64,000 nt of DNA from Myxococcota bacterium (GTDB lineage: Bacteria; Myxococcota_A; Polyangia; Nannocystales; Nannocystaceae): contig JBCCHT010000006.1 in assembly GCA_039028615.1 (NCBI GenBank), positions 240,985-304,984 of the forward strand, written 5' to 3'. Positions within the stretch are counted from its first letter, which is position 1, and every line of letters begins with the position of its first letter. The notes under the pieces were generated by a model. It did no database searches and was not told the origin of the DNA. It saw only the letters and a program-made list of their open reading frames with translations. The position numbers and the translations under genes are program-made. This document shows, piece after piece, positions 18,384 to 26,710 of the stretch.

Positions 18384-19235
18384 TCAGTCCTCGATCTCGC
18401 CGGCCATCGCCCGCTTGGCTCGGTCCCCGACCCAGTGCGCGATGCCGCGGAGAGGATCGGCGGCGGGGCCCAGGTCGGCCACCAGCTCGCCACACTCGGC
18501 GACCAGCTCCTCGACGCGCGCGAGCGCCTTTTGGCGGAGCGCGGGCTGGTCGTCGTCGAGCACGTCGTCGGCGTGCTGGAACGCGATGCCGAACGCCAGG
18601 CCGAAGCGGCGCAGCTTGGCCACGAGGTCGTCGTCGGCTCCGGCCAGCAGCGCCCCCATGGCTCCGCCCGCCTGGTACAGACCGCCGGTCTTGAGCGCAT
18701 GGAGCTGCTCGAGCCGCTCGAGGTCGCGAATGTCCTGGCCGTCCTCGAGGTCGATGCCCTGACCGCCGACCATGCCCTTGACGCCCGAGCGCAGCGCGAG
18801 TTCGAGCGCCGCTTCGAGCGGTCGGCCGGGGCCTCCCTTGGCGCCTTCGAAGGCGCTGAAGGCCATGGTCAGCAGCGCGTCGCCCACCAAGATCGCCGCC
18901 GGCTGGCCGAAGGCGACGTGCACGGTCGGCTTGCCGCGACGCTCGGTGTCGTCGTCCATCGCGGGCAGATCGTCGTGCACCAGCGAGTAGGCGTGCACCA
19001 GCTCGACCCCGCAGGCCGCGGGCATGGCTGCCTCCGCGGTCCCGCCCGCCGCCTCGCAGGCGGCGATGGTCAGCAAGGGACGCATCCGCTTGCCGCCGCC
19101 GAGCACCGCGTAGCGCATGGCCTCGTGCAGGCGCAGCGGATCGTCCCCCTCGGGCATCGCCAGCAGAGCGTCCAGCGCTCCGTCGACCTTGGCCCGACGA
19201 TCATCGAAGTACCCCATCAATTCAGCTTCGTTCAT
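18384..19235 (-). CDS. ispA: Polyprenyl (farnesyl) diphosphate synthase
   Basis: GGKRMRP, HAYSLVHDDLPAMDDDTERRGKPT, GQGIDL, KT and FQHADDVLD; follows xseB. Confidence 0.9.
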   Translation of the reverse strand: MNEAELMGYFDDRRAKVDGALDALLAMPEGDDPLRLHEAMRYAVLGGGKRMRPLLTIAACEAAGGTAEAAMPAACGVELVHAYSLVHDDLPAMDDDTERRGKPTVHVAFGQPAAILVGDALLTMAFSAFEGAKGGPGRPLEAALELALRSGVKGMVGGQGIDLEDGQDIRDLERLEQLHALKTGGLYQAGGAMGALLAGADDDLVAKLRRFGLAFGIAFQHADDVLDDDQPALRQKALARVEELVAECGELVADLGPAADPLRGIAHWVGDRAKRAMAGEIED

Positions 19236-19236
19236 C

Positions 19237-19521
19237 TCATTCCCCGTCATCGAACGGCACCGCTTCGTCGCGATCCGCGAGCAACTCCTCGACTCGCTCC
19301 TCGACCGCATCGAGCACGGTGCTCCCCTTGCGCGCCAGCTCGACCCCCTGCTCGAAGCGCTTGAGCGCGTCTTCCAGGGGGAGATCGCCCGCTTCGAGTT
19401 CAGTCACCACCGACTCGAGTCCATCGAGGATCTCGTCGATGCTGAGGCTCGGCTCCTGCGCGGCCTTGCCCTTTTTCCCCCGGCCCCCCGCCGAAGACGA
19501 TGCTTTACTGGTCCGCGCCAC
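19237..19521 (-). CDS. xseB: Exodeoxyribonuclease VII small subunit
   Basis: LESVVTELEAGDLPLEDALKRFEQGVEL; canonical xseB-ispA order; GTG start inferred. Confidence 0.9.
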   Translation of the reverse strand: MARTSKASSSAGGRGKKGKAAQEPSLSIDEILDGLESVVTELEAGDLPLEDALKRFEQGVELARKGSTVLDAVEERVEELLADRDEAVPFDDGE

Positions 19522-19590
19522 GAGCGGCCGGAGTATAGAGGTGGCCTCAACGGGGTGCCAACGGGTACGGACCTTCTGCGGCCACCCCGC

Positions 19591-19619
19591 TTGCGGGGAG
19601 CGAAGGCCCGATATACGGT
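19591..19619 (+). promoter_or_regulatory. Putative sigma70-type promoter for fur (leaderless)
   Basis: TTGCGG (19591-19596), 17-nt spacer, TACGGT (19614-19619), 9 nt before the ATG, with no SD. Confidence 0.45.
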
Positions 19620-19628
19620 ACCGGCACG

Positions 19629-20141
19629 ATGGCTCCACAGGAGCGCGAAGAAAGCAACGTCGAGAGCCTGATGGGCCAGTTTCGGGCCTACCTCACGAAG
19701 AAAGGCCTCAAGTCCACCCGGCAGCGCGACATCATCGCCGAGAGTTTCTTCTCTCATTCGGGTCACCTCAGTATCGAGGACTTGTTGGCGCTGGCTCGCA
19801 ACGACTACCCGCGCCTGGGCTACGCCACCGTCTATCGCACGCTGAAGCTGCTGACGGAGTGTGGCCTCGCCGCGGAGCGCCGTTTTGGCGAAGGGCAGAC
19901 GACCTACGAGGCGGCGGGTGATCTGGAGCACCACGATCACCTCATCTGCCTCGAGTGCAACCACGTGCTCGAATTCCACAACGAGGAAATCGAGCGCGAG
20001 CAGGAGCGAGTGGCGCGGAGCTTCGGCTTCACCGTCATCCGCCACCGCCACGAGCTGTACGGGTTGTGCCCACGCGCCCGCGGGATCAAGGGCGGCTCCT
20101 GCCCCGGCGACGAAGCCCGCGCCGCCAAAGAGCGCGACTAG
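19629..20141 (+). CDS. fur: Fur family transcriptional regulator
   Basis: GLKSTRQR, HLSIEDL, ATVYRTLKLL, HHDHLICLEC and HELYGLC. Confidence 0.9.
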   Translation: MAPQEREESNVESLMGQFRAYLTKKGLKSTRQRDIIAESFFSHSGHLSIEDLLALARNDYPRLGYATVYRTLKLLTECGLAAERRFGEGQTTYEAAGDLEHHDHLICLECNHVLEFHNEEIEREQERVARSFGFTVIRHRHELYGLCPRARGIKGGSCPGDEARAAKERD

Positions 20142-20149
20142 GCGCCCCC

Positions 20150-20344
20150 ATGTCTCCGTTCGCGCAACAGCTCGTGGTCTACGCCGCCATCGCGGTGGCC
20201 ACGGGCTGGCTGCTGCGGCGATGGCTGGGGAACAAACGCAGCGCCAGCGCCAGCGCCAGCGCCTGCGAGCGCTGCGGGTCCAAGGCCACGCGCCGAACCC
20301 CGACGCGGGCCGTCCGCCCGGCGTCGCTGCGCGTACTCCCCTGA
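20150..20344 (+). CDS. Small membrane protein with CxxC (FeoB-associated Cys-rich-like)
   Basis: MSPFAQQLVVYAAIAVATGWLLRRWL...ACERCG; one TM then CxxC; 8 nt after the fur stop. Confidence 0.6.
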   Translation: MSPFAQQLVVYAAIAVATGWLLRRWLGNKRSASASASACERCGSKATRRTPTRAVRPASLRVLP

Positions 20345-20445
20345 GCCCCTCGGCCACGGCGTTCCACCGCTGAAGTCGGGCATTCACACGCGCGGCCGCG
20401 AGCGGTTCGACCTCGCGCCCCGTTTCGCGTCAAGATCGGGTGGCC

Positions 20446-22011
20446 ATGCCGCGTCGGCCCCGGTCCCTTCGGCTCGAGCTCGTAGCCACGTTGACCGTGG
20501 TGCTGATGATGGCCGTGGTCTCGCTGTCGCTCGCGGCCGAGGTGCTCGGACGCTGGCGCTACGAAGCGCAGCAGAACACGCGGCTGGTCGAGCACACCCG
20601 CAGCCTCACCGCGATCATCGAGCCCCTGCTCGACCCCGGTGCGCCCGCCACCTTGCGCGGCGGACCCATCGAGCAGGTCCTGCGCCCCAGCCTGGGCAGC
20701 ATGGGGATCGAGGCGCTCGAGGTTCACCGCATCGATCTCACCCGTGACCGCCCGTCGGTCCTGGTCGCGGTGGGGCTGGCCACCGACCTGCCCCCGCCCG
20801 CCGCCGGAGCCGATGGCCAGCTCGTCGAGGCCGACCCGGGACGCGTGGTCTTGGACCAGAGCCTGCTCGTGTTCGGCCCCGACCGCACCCGCGTGGCCCT
20901 GGTGCTCCGCGTCGTCGCCCGCCCCTCGGTGTGGACACGCCTCGGGGACTGGAGCACCACCCTGCTGCTCGCGTGCGGCGTGGGCTTGGTGTTGGTGTTG
21001 CTCGGCGGCGTGCTGCTCGAGGTCCAGGTGCTCCGCCCTCTGCGAGCGGTGCGACGCGCCGCCGATCTGGTGGCCGACGGTGAACTCGAGACGGAGGTGC
21101 CCAATGAAGGCCCGGCCGAGTTCTCCGCGCTCGCCGACACCTTCAACCGCATGACCGCCTCGCTGCGCCAGCAGATCGAGCGCAACGCCGCCCAGCGCGA
21201 GTCGCTGGCCCGTGCCGAGCAGCTCGCCACCGTGGGGCGCATCTCGGCCGGGGTCGCGCATGAAGTCGGCAACCCGCTCGCGGCGATCTTGGGCTACGTG
21301 GAGCTCCTGCTCGACCCGCGCTCGGAGCCGGCCCTCGACGACGAGCAGCGCATGCTGCTCGAGCGCAGCCGCACCCAAATCGAGCGCATCCAAGCCATGG
21401 TGGGGCAGCTGCTCGACTTCAGCCGGCCGCCCAAGGGCGAGGTCCGAGCGGTCGACCTGCACGCGTCGATCGAGCAGATGCTCGCGCTGCTCAAGCACGA
21501 CGCCCGCTGCCGAGACACCGAGCTGCGCCTCGAAGGCGACGCGTCGCTGCAGGCGTGGGCCGACCCGGCTCGCCTCGATCAAGTCCTGCGCAACCTGCTG
21601 GTCAACGCCTGCCGAGCCGCCCGCGAGGGTGAGGGCCCCGCGCTGGTGGTGCTGCGAGTCGCCGCGGCAGCAGACGACGAGCACGTCGCGATCGAGCTCC
21701 AGGACACAGGCCCGGGCGTGGCCGAGACGCTCCGCCCGCGCCTATTCGATCCCTTCGTCAGCACAGCGCCCGCCGGCGAAGGCACCGGGCTGGGCTTGGC
21801 CATCGGGCGAGGCCTGGTCGAGGGCATGAACGGTCGCCTCGACTGCCTGGAGTCAGGCGCCCGGCCGCCGCTGCGAGACGATGCCTTGCCCGGAGCCGTA
21901 TTTCGCGTCACGCTCCCGCGCGCGAAGGCCGGCGAAGAGGCACCGCAGAATGCGACGCCCCCTGCCGCCGTCCAAGCCGCTACATCCGAGGAAAACGCCG
22001 ATGCGCCGTAG
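20446..22011 (+). CDS. HAMP-domain sensor histidine kinase
   Basis: Two TM segments, HAMP, AHEVGNPL H-box, QVLRNLLVNA, DTGPG, FDPF and GTGLGL. Confidence 0.93.
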   Translation: MPRRPRSLRLELVATLTVVLMMAVVSLSLAAEVLGRWRYEAQQNTRLVEHTRSLTAIIEPLLDPGAPATLRGGPIEQVLRPSLGSMGIEALEVHRIDLTRDRPSVLVAVGLATDLPPPAAGADGQLVEADPGRVVLDQSLLVFGPDRTRVALVLRVVARPSVWTRLGDWSTTLLLACGVGLVLVLLGGVLLEVQVLRPLRAVRRAADLVADGELETEVPNEGPAEFSALADTFNRMTASLRQQIERNAAQRESLARAEQLATVGRISAGVAHEVGNPLAAILGYVELLLDPRSEPALDDEQRMLLERSRTQIERIQAMVGQLLDFSRPPKGEVRAVDLHASIEQMLALLKHDARCRDTELRLEGDASLQAWADPARLDQVLRNLLVNACRAAREGEGPALVVLRVAAAADDEHVAIELQDTGPGVAETLRPRLFDPFVSTAPAGEGTGLGLAIGRGLVEGMNGRLDCLESGARPPLRDDALPGAVFRVTLPRAKAGEEAPQNATPPAAVQAATSEENADAP

Positions 22012-22360
22012 CTTCATTCCGCTCACCTGCCTCTGTGTCGCCACCCTGCTGTCCGCCTGCGCGTCCCCGTACCGAAGCTTCTATCGAGAGACCAACCACA
22101 AGCTGAAGCCCGCGCCCATCCCGGCGGAGCAGGTCAAGCCGGTGCTCTCGGCCGATCACCTGACCACCCCATGGGTCGAGGTCGGTATCTATCGCGGCCA
22201 CGCTCCCACGGTGGAAGAGGCGATGGAGACCGCTCAGGACGCCTGCGGCAAGGCCGGCGCCGACTTCTTCATCCTCAATACCGAGCCCTTCGAGGCCGGC
22301 GGCCTGTGGAAGCTCGACGGCTTCTGCGCCGCCCGCGACGACGGACAGCCCGAAGAGTAG
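22001..22360 (+). CDS. Small lipoprotein
   Basis: MRRSFIPLTCLCVATLLSAC lipobox; overlaps the end of the histidine kinase gene. Confidence 0.75.
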   Translation: MRRSFIPLTCLCVATLLSACASPYRSFYRETNHKLKPAPIPAEQVKPVLSADHLTTPWVEVGIYRGHAPTVEEAMETAQDACGKAGADFFILNTEPFEAGGLWKLDGFCAARDDGQPEE

Positions 22361-22391
22361 CCAGCGGTGAGCCGGGGCCCGCCGCCTCGGC

Positions 22392-23486
22392 TCACATCAC
22401 CGCTTTGGCTTCGTCCTCGCGCCGCGCGTGCTCCATGAGCAGATACGTCAGCGGCGTGGTGGCGTGCTCTTCCGAGCCGGGCGGCAGCGGGGCGTCGGCG
22501 ACGAACTCGAAGTCGCCCTGCGTCCAGCTTAGCAATTGGAACACCCGATCGTGGGGATGGTCGTAGTGGCCGAGCCCCTCGACGAACTCGAGCGTACCCT
22601 GGTCGAGGTAGAGCTTGCAGGTGTCGCTGCCGGCCATGAGCTCGAGGGCGCCGCTGCGGCGCTCGGACTCGAGGAACGCGAGCAAGCTGCCCAGGCGCAC
22701 GTGCTCGAGCCGGCCCCGTAGGCCCCCCTGGCCGGCTCCCATGGTGCCTTCGTTCTGCGGCTCGACGTGACGACGTCGGGCCAGCACCCCTTGGAGCCGA
22801 GCGATGATCTCGTCGGCGGGCATGGTCTTGGGCAGGTAGTCGTCGACGCCGAGCCGATACCCCTTGAGCCGAGACAGGTCGTCGCTCAGGCGGGTGAGGA
22901 ACACGATCGGCACCGTCGCCAGGCTGGGCCGAGCGCGGACGGTGCGGACGAAGGTCCAGCCGTCCATCTCCGGCATCTCGACGTCGGTGAGGATCACGTC
23001 GGGCAGTCGCTTGAGCGCCGCCGACAACGCGACGAGGCCGTTTTCGGCGACGCGTACCCGAAGCCCGCGCTCGCGCAGCGCGTCGCCGAGCTCGAGTCGC
23101 ATGCTGACCGAGTCATCCACCAGCAGGACGTTGAAGCCGAGGACTCCGTCATCCGCGCTGGCAGCGGGCTCCGCCTTGGCGACCTCGTCGACCTGCATCA
23201 GGCCCTGCACGCAGGATTCGAGGATCCCGCGCTGCTCGTCGGTCATCGCGAGGCGAACCGGGGTCGCCCCCGTATCACCGTGCTCGCGGCGCGCCGGAGC
23301 GATGGCCGATCCCAAGAGGTAGAGGACTCGACGATCGGGGAGTTCGACCTTCAGCCGCACCGGAGTTCCGGGGGGGAGCGGCTTGGCCAGCGGCAGCAGG
23401 GCTTGGCCATGCCGCAACCGGTCGGTGTACTCGACCAGGAAGTCGTCTTGAGTCTCGAAGCGAACGCTGTAAGTCGGTACACCCAT
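22392..23486 (-). CDS. Response regulator: PilZ/TIGR02266-like + REC + DUF4388
   Basis: VLLVDD, ILTDVEMPEMDG and DDYLPK (REC); LRGRLEHVRLGSLLAFLE...W.QGDFEF...LLMEHARRED (DUF4388-like); N-terminal PLPPGTPVRLKVELP. Confidence 0.85.
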   Translation of the reverse strand: MGVPTYSVRFETQDDFLVEYTDRLRHGQALLPLAKPLPPGTPVRLKVELPDRRVLYLLGSAIAPARREHGDTGATPVRLAMTDEQRGILESCVQGLMQVDEVAKAEPAASADDGVLGFNVLLVDDSVSMRLELGDALRERGLRVRVAENGLVALSAALKRLPDVILTDVEMPEMDGWTFVRTVRARPSLATVPIVFLTRLSDDLSRLKGYRLGVDDYLPKTMPADEIIARLQGVLARRRHVEPQNEGTMGAGQGGLRGRLEHVRLGSLLAFLESERRSGALELMAGSDTCKLYLDQGTLEFVEGLGHYDHPHDRVFQLLSWTQGDFEFVADAPLPPGSEEHATTPLTYLLMEHARREDEAKAVM

Positions 23487-23755
23487 GGGGCCTGGGGAAA
23501 ACCGTGCTCCATCCTACAGATTTCCTTCCGAGTGATCCAAGGAAACGGAGTTCGCCCTCCGCTTTATTCGGCCTGAAATGGTCCTCTATGGTCGGAAATG
23601 CCCTCCATGTGTTCTCCATCGGGACTGGGTCGATCACCGGATGTGATCCCAAAATTTGATGCGTCGGTGACCGTGATTGCGGGCCCTACGGCGCCGAAAT
23701 CACTCGAATCGGCGCCGGATGCTCCCCTCGAGAACGGTGCTACCATTCGGAATTC

Positions 23756-25066
23756 GTGAGTTCCGCGGCTCCCCGCTCCGCCCCCGGGCCGGATCCGTCG
23801 CCTCGGCCCCGACGTCGCCCTCGGCCCAACAAACCGCGGCCGCAGCGTTCGCGCCGTGGTCATCGGACCACAACGACCGTCAATTCGGTGCTCATGGCCC
23901 TGGCGTGGGTTCTGCTCGGTCTGGGGTCCTTGGCGAGCTTCGTGGTCGCGATGTGGATCGTGGTCTCCATGGCCAGCGCCGCCGCGGCGGCTCGAGCCGG
24001 GTTCACCGCCAGTTCCATCTGGATCTGGTTCGTCGCGCTGAGCATCACGCTCGGCGTGCCCTTCGGCATCGCGGTGTGGAAGCACCAGGGCGACGCGCGT
24101 CGCATCAGCCTCACCATGGCGTGGCTGCCCATGCTGTGGAACGCGGGCGCGGTGCTGCTCACCATGCAGATCGTGCCCGACCTCATGGGCACCGCGCTGC
24201 GCAGTCAGGGCGCGTGGGTGGCCGAGGACCGCTTCGGGGACTCGCACTCGGCCACGCGGGTCATGTCCGCGCTGGGCCACCAAGTCGCCGAGGTCACGGC
24301 CCCCGATACCAGCCCCGACGGGACGAATCCCGGTCGTGGGGTGCTCCCGCTGTGGAACCAAGGCGAGGTCGACCGCAGCAAGGTGCTGTCGGTGCCCTTC
24401 GCCGAGGAAGGCACCGCGATCCTCATGGACGCGACGCTGCACGGGCCCTCGGCGGAACTGACTCTTCCCTACCTGTTCGATACCGGGGCCTCGTACACCA
24501 CGATCAGCACGGCCACCGCGGCCAAGCTGGGCATCGCGGTACCTGCCGACGCGCCCACGCTGACCTTCAATACCGCCAGCGGCCCCCGAGAGAGCCGCAT
24601 GGTGCACTTGCCCGCGGTCCAGCTGGGTCAGGTTCGCATCCCCGGGCTGCTGGTCTCCGTCTGTGACGCCTGCGTCAACGAGCGCACCGAGGGCCTGCTG
24701 GGCCTCAACGTCATGCGCGAGTTCTTCGTGCAGATGGACTACAAAAACCAGCGCATGCAGCTGCTGCCGCGCATCGCCGAGGCGCGCCCCAACCGGGCGT
24801 ACGACATCGAGCCGGTCGTCGAGCTCAAGGTCGAGGGCGCGGCCGAGGTGTGGCTGGGTCGCGTGCGGTGGATGGTCCTCATCCGCAACCGCGGCACCGC
24901 GCCGCTCACCGACGTCGTCCCCGTGGTGAAGTTCACCGACGGCCCCGCGCTGCGCGGCGCCACCGTGGCCGAGATTGCGCCCGGCAAGGTCGGTCGCTCG
25001 CTGGTCGAGGGCAAGACCGACACGAAGGGTCACTACACCCTGGGTCTGGTCGAGGCGTACTGGTGA
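23756..25066 (+). CDS. Membrane-anchored retropepsin-like (clan AA) aspartic protease
   Basis: Three N-terminal TM segments; YLFDTGASYTTIS, FNTASG and GLLGLN; TGCTACCAT extended -10-like box 9 nt before the GTG. Confidence 0.85.
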   Translation: MSSAAPRSAPGPDPSPRPRRRPRPNKPRPQRSRRGHRTTTTVNSVLMALAWVLLGLGSLASFVVAMWIVVSMASAAAAARAGFTASSIWIWFVALSITLGVPFGIAVWKHQGDARRISLTMAWLPMLWNAGAVLLTMQIVPDLMGTALRSQGAWVAEDRFGDSHSATRVMSALGHQVAEVTAPDTSPDGTNPGRGVLPLWNQGEVDRSKVLSVPFAEEGTAILMDATLHGPSAELTLPYLFDTGASYTTISTATAAKLGIAVPADAPTLTFNTASGPRESRMVHLPAVQLGQVRIPGLLVSVCDACVNERTEGLLGLNVMREFFVQMDYKNQRMQLLPRIAEARPNRAYDIEPVVELKVEGAAEVWLGRVRWMVLIRNRGTAPLTDVVPVVKFTDGPALRGATVAEIAPGKVGRSLVEGKTDTKGHYTLGLVEAYW

Positions 25067-25791
25067 TCGCCGCCGCGCTGCACCAGCTGTGGTGGGCCCC
25101 GGGCCAGGCCGCGGGGGACGACAACCCCTTTGCCATGTTCGCCGACTGGGACGCCTCGTCGCTGATGTGGCTGGGCTTGTTGGTCCCGGTCGCGGTGGTG
25201 GTGTTCTTCGTCGGCTCCAAGCGCTTTCGATCGCAGATGGGCGCAGGCGCGATCATCCCGCGCGGCCGCGACCGATTCGTCGGCGGCCGGGTGAAGGGTC
25301 ATGGACCCCAGTGGCGGGCGACCGTCGAGCGGCTCCAGGAACGCCCGCCCACCGCCATCGCCGAGGCCACGCCGGGACCGGTGCGGATCGAGGCCGAGAT
25401 CGTGCGAGCCTCGGGCAATTTGGGGGGCAGCCCCGGGCGCGAGTGTGTCTGGCGCAATCGGGCGGGAGCGGGCCCTCAGACCGCCGTGGGAGCCGATCTG
25501 CTGATCGTGGCCGACGCCACCGGACGCTGCGGGGTCGAAGAGTTCGAAGCGGCGCGGATCAATGCCCCAGTGGAGCGAGCCGGAGCCCACTACGAGAGCG
25601 TTGCGCTCTATGTCGGTGACCGCATCGAGGTCGTCGGCACCTTCGAGGCCGACCGCGTGGGTGAGCACGAGGATCCCGCGATGCTGGTATACGGTACGCT
25701 CGGCACCGACGGCCGGGTGGAGATTCGCGTGCTCGAGCGCCCCGCCCCCGTCGAGACTCCTCCCGAGACCACGGACGACGACGAGCCATGA
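25063..25791 (+). CDS. Hypothetical single-TM protein, possibly GIDE-like beta domain
   Basis: GTGA overlap with the protease stop; TM WLGLLVPVAVVVFFV; IVADATGRCGV and LYVGDRIEVVG. Confidence 0.65.
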   Translation: MIAAALHQLWWAPGQAAGDDNPFAMFADWDASSLMWLGLLVPVAVVVFFVGSKRFRSQMGAGAIIPRGRDRFVGGRVKGHGPQWRATVERLQERPPTAIAEATPGPVRIEAEIVRASGNLGGSPGRECVWRNRAGAGPQTAVGADLLIVADATGRCGVEEFEAARINAPVERAGAHYESVALYVGDRIEVVGTFEADRVGEHEDPAMLVYGTLGTDGRVEIRVLERPAPVETPPETTDDDEP

Positions 25792-26642
25792 CCCGCACTC
25801 TCTCTCCTCTGCTCGCCCTGCTCCTGCTGACCCCCGCGTGCGGCAAGAAACAGCCCGACACCACGAACCCCGAGGACGCGACCGCGGGCGACACCACCGG
25901 TGACCCCACCGCCACCTCGCCCGACGATCCTCCCGCCGAGACGGCGCCGCCCCAAGATCCCGATCCGGCCGAGCTCGCCGAGGGCGTGCACCAGGTGCTG
26001 ACCGGTCACTACGAGGAGGGCATCGCGATCCTCGAGCCCATCCACAGCGGCATGACCGAGCCCAGCCAGTACCGCGCCCGCGGCCTGGCCGGGGGTTGGC
26101 TGGCCGTGGCCCACGCTCAGATCGTGTTCGAGAACGCCGAGGGGCCCGCCAACGTGGCCCTCGAGATGGCCGACAAGCTCCAGGACCCCGAGGTCGACGC
26201 CGTCGCCAAGCTCGGCCGCGGTGCGTTCCTGCTGGCGCAAGAGGACTACGCCGCCGCCAAAGAGGCCTTCCAGGCCGCTTCGACCGCGTCCCCCGAGTCG
26301 GCGCCCGGCATCTACGCCCAGGTCCTGCACGGCGAGGCGCTCATCGGCGCCGCCTTTGGGCAGGCCTCCAACACCCAGCTGGAAAACCCCGCGGACCTCG
26401 ACGAAGCCAAGGTCCACTACGAGGCAGCCGCTGCGGCCGCGGGTGGCTCGGCCGACCCCGAGATCCTCCTGGGCCGGGCCAAAGAAGGCCTCGCCGCCGT
26501 CGCCAAGATCAAGCGCGACCAGGAAGCGCTGTGCAAGAACGCCGTCGAGGCGGTCGGGCACTACCAGGCCGCCAAGGCCTCGACCTTCCTCGTCGACGGC
26601 CCCTCGCGCCTGGCCAGCGACGCCAAGTGCGACAAGAAATAG
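25788..26642 (+). CDS. TPR-like lipoprotein
   Basis: LLLTPAC lipobox, low-complexity linker, Ala-rich helical repeats; ATGA overlap with the previous gene. Confidence 0.8.
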   Translation: MTRTLSPLLALLLLTPACGKKQPDTTNPEDATAGDTTGDPTATSPDDPPAETAPPQDPDPAELAEGVHQVLTGHYEEGIAILEPIHSGMTEPSQYRARGLAGGWLAVAHAQIVFENAEGPANVALEMADKLQDPEVDAVAKLGRGAFLLAQEDYAAAKEAFQAASTASPESAPGIYAQVLHGEALIGAAFGQASNTQLENPADLDEAKVHYEAAAAAAGGSADPEILLGRAKEGLAAVAKIKRDQEALCKNAVEAVGHYQAAKASTFLVDGPSRLASDAKCDKK

Positions 26643-26710
26643 CGACGAGCATAGTCCGCACGCGGGCGGGTCTTGCCAGCACGGGGTGATCTCGGCCAAA
26701 ACGGGGCACC

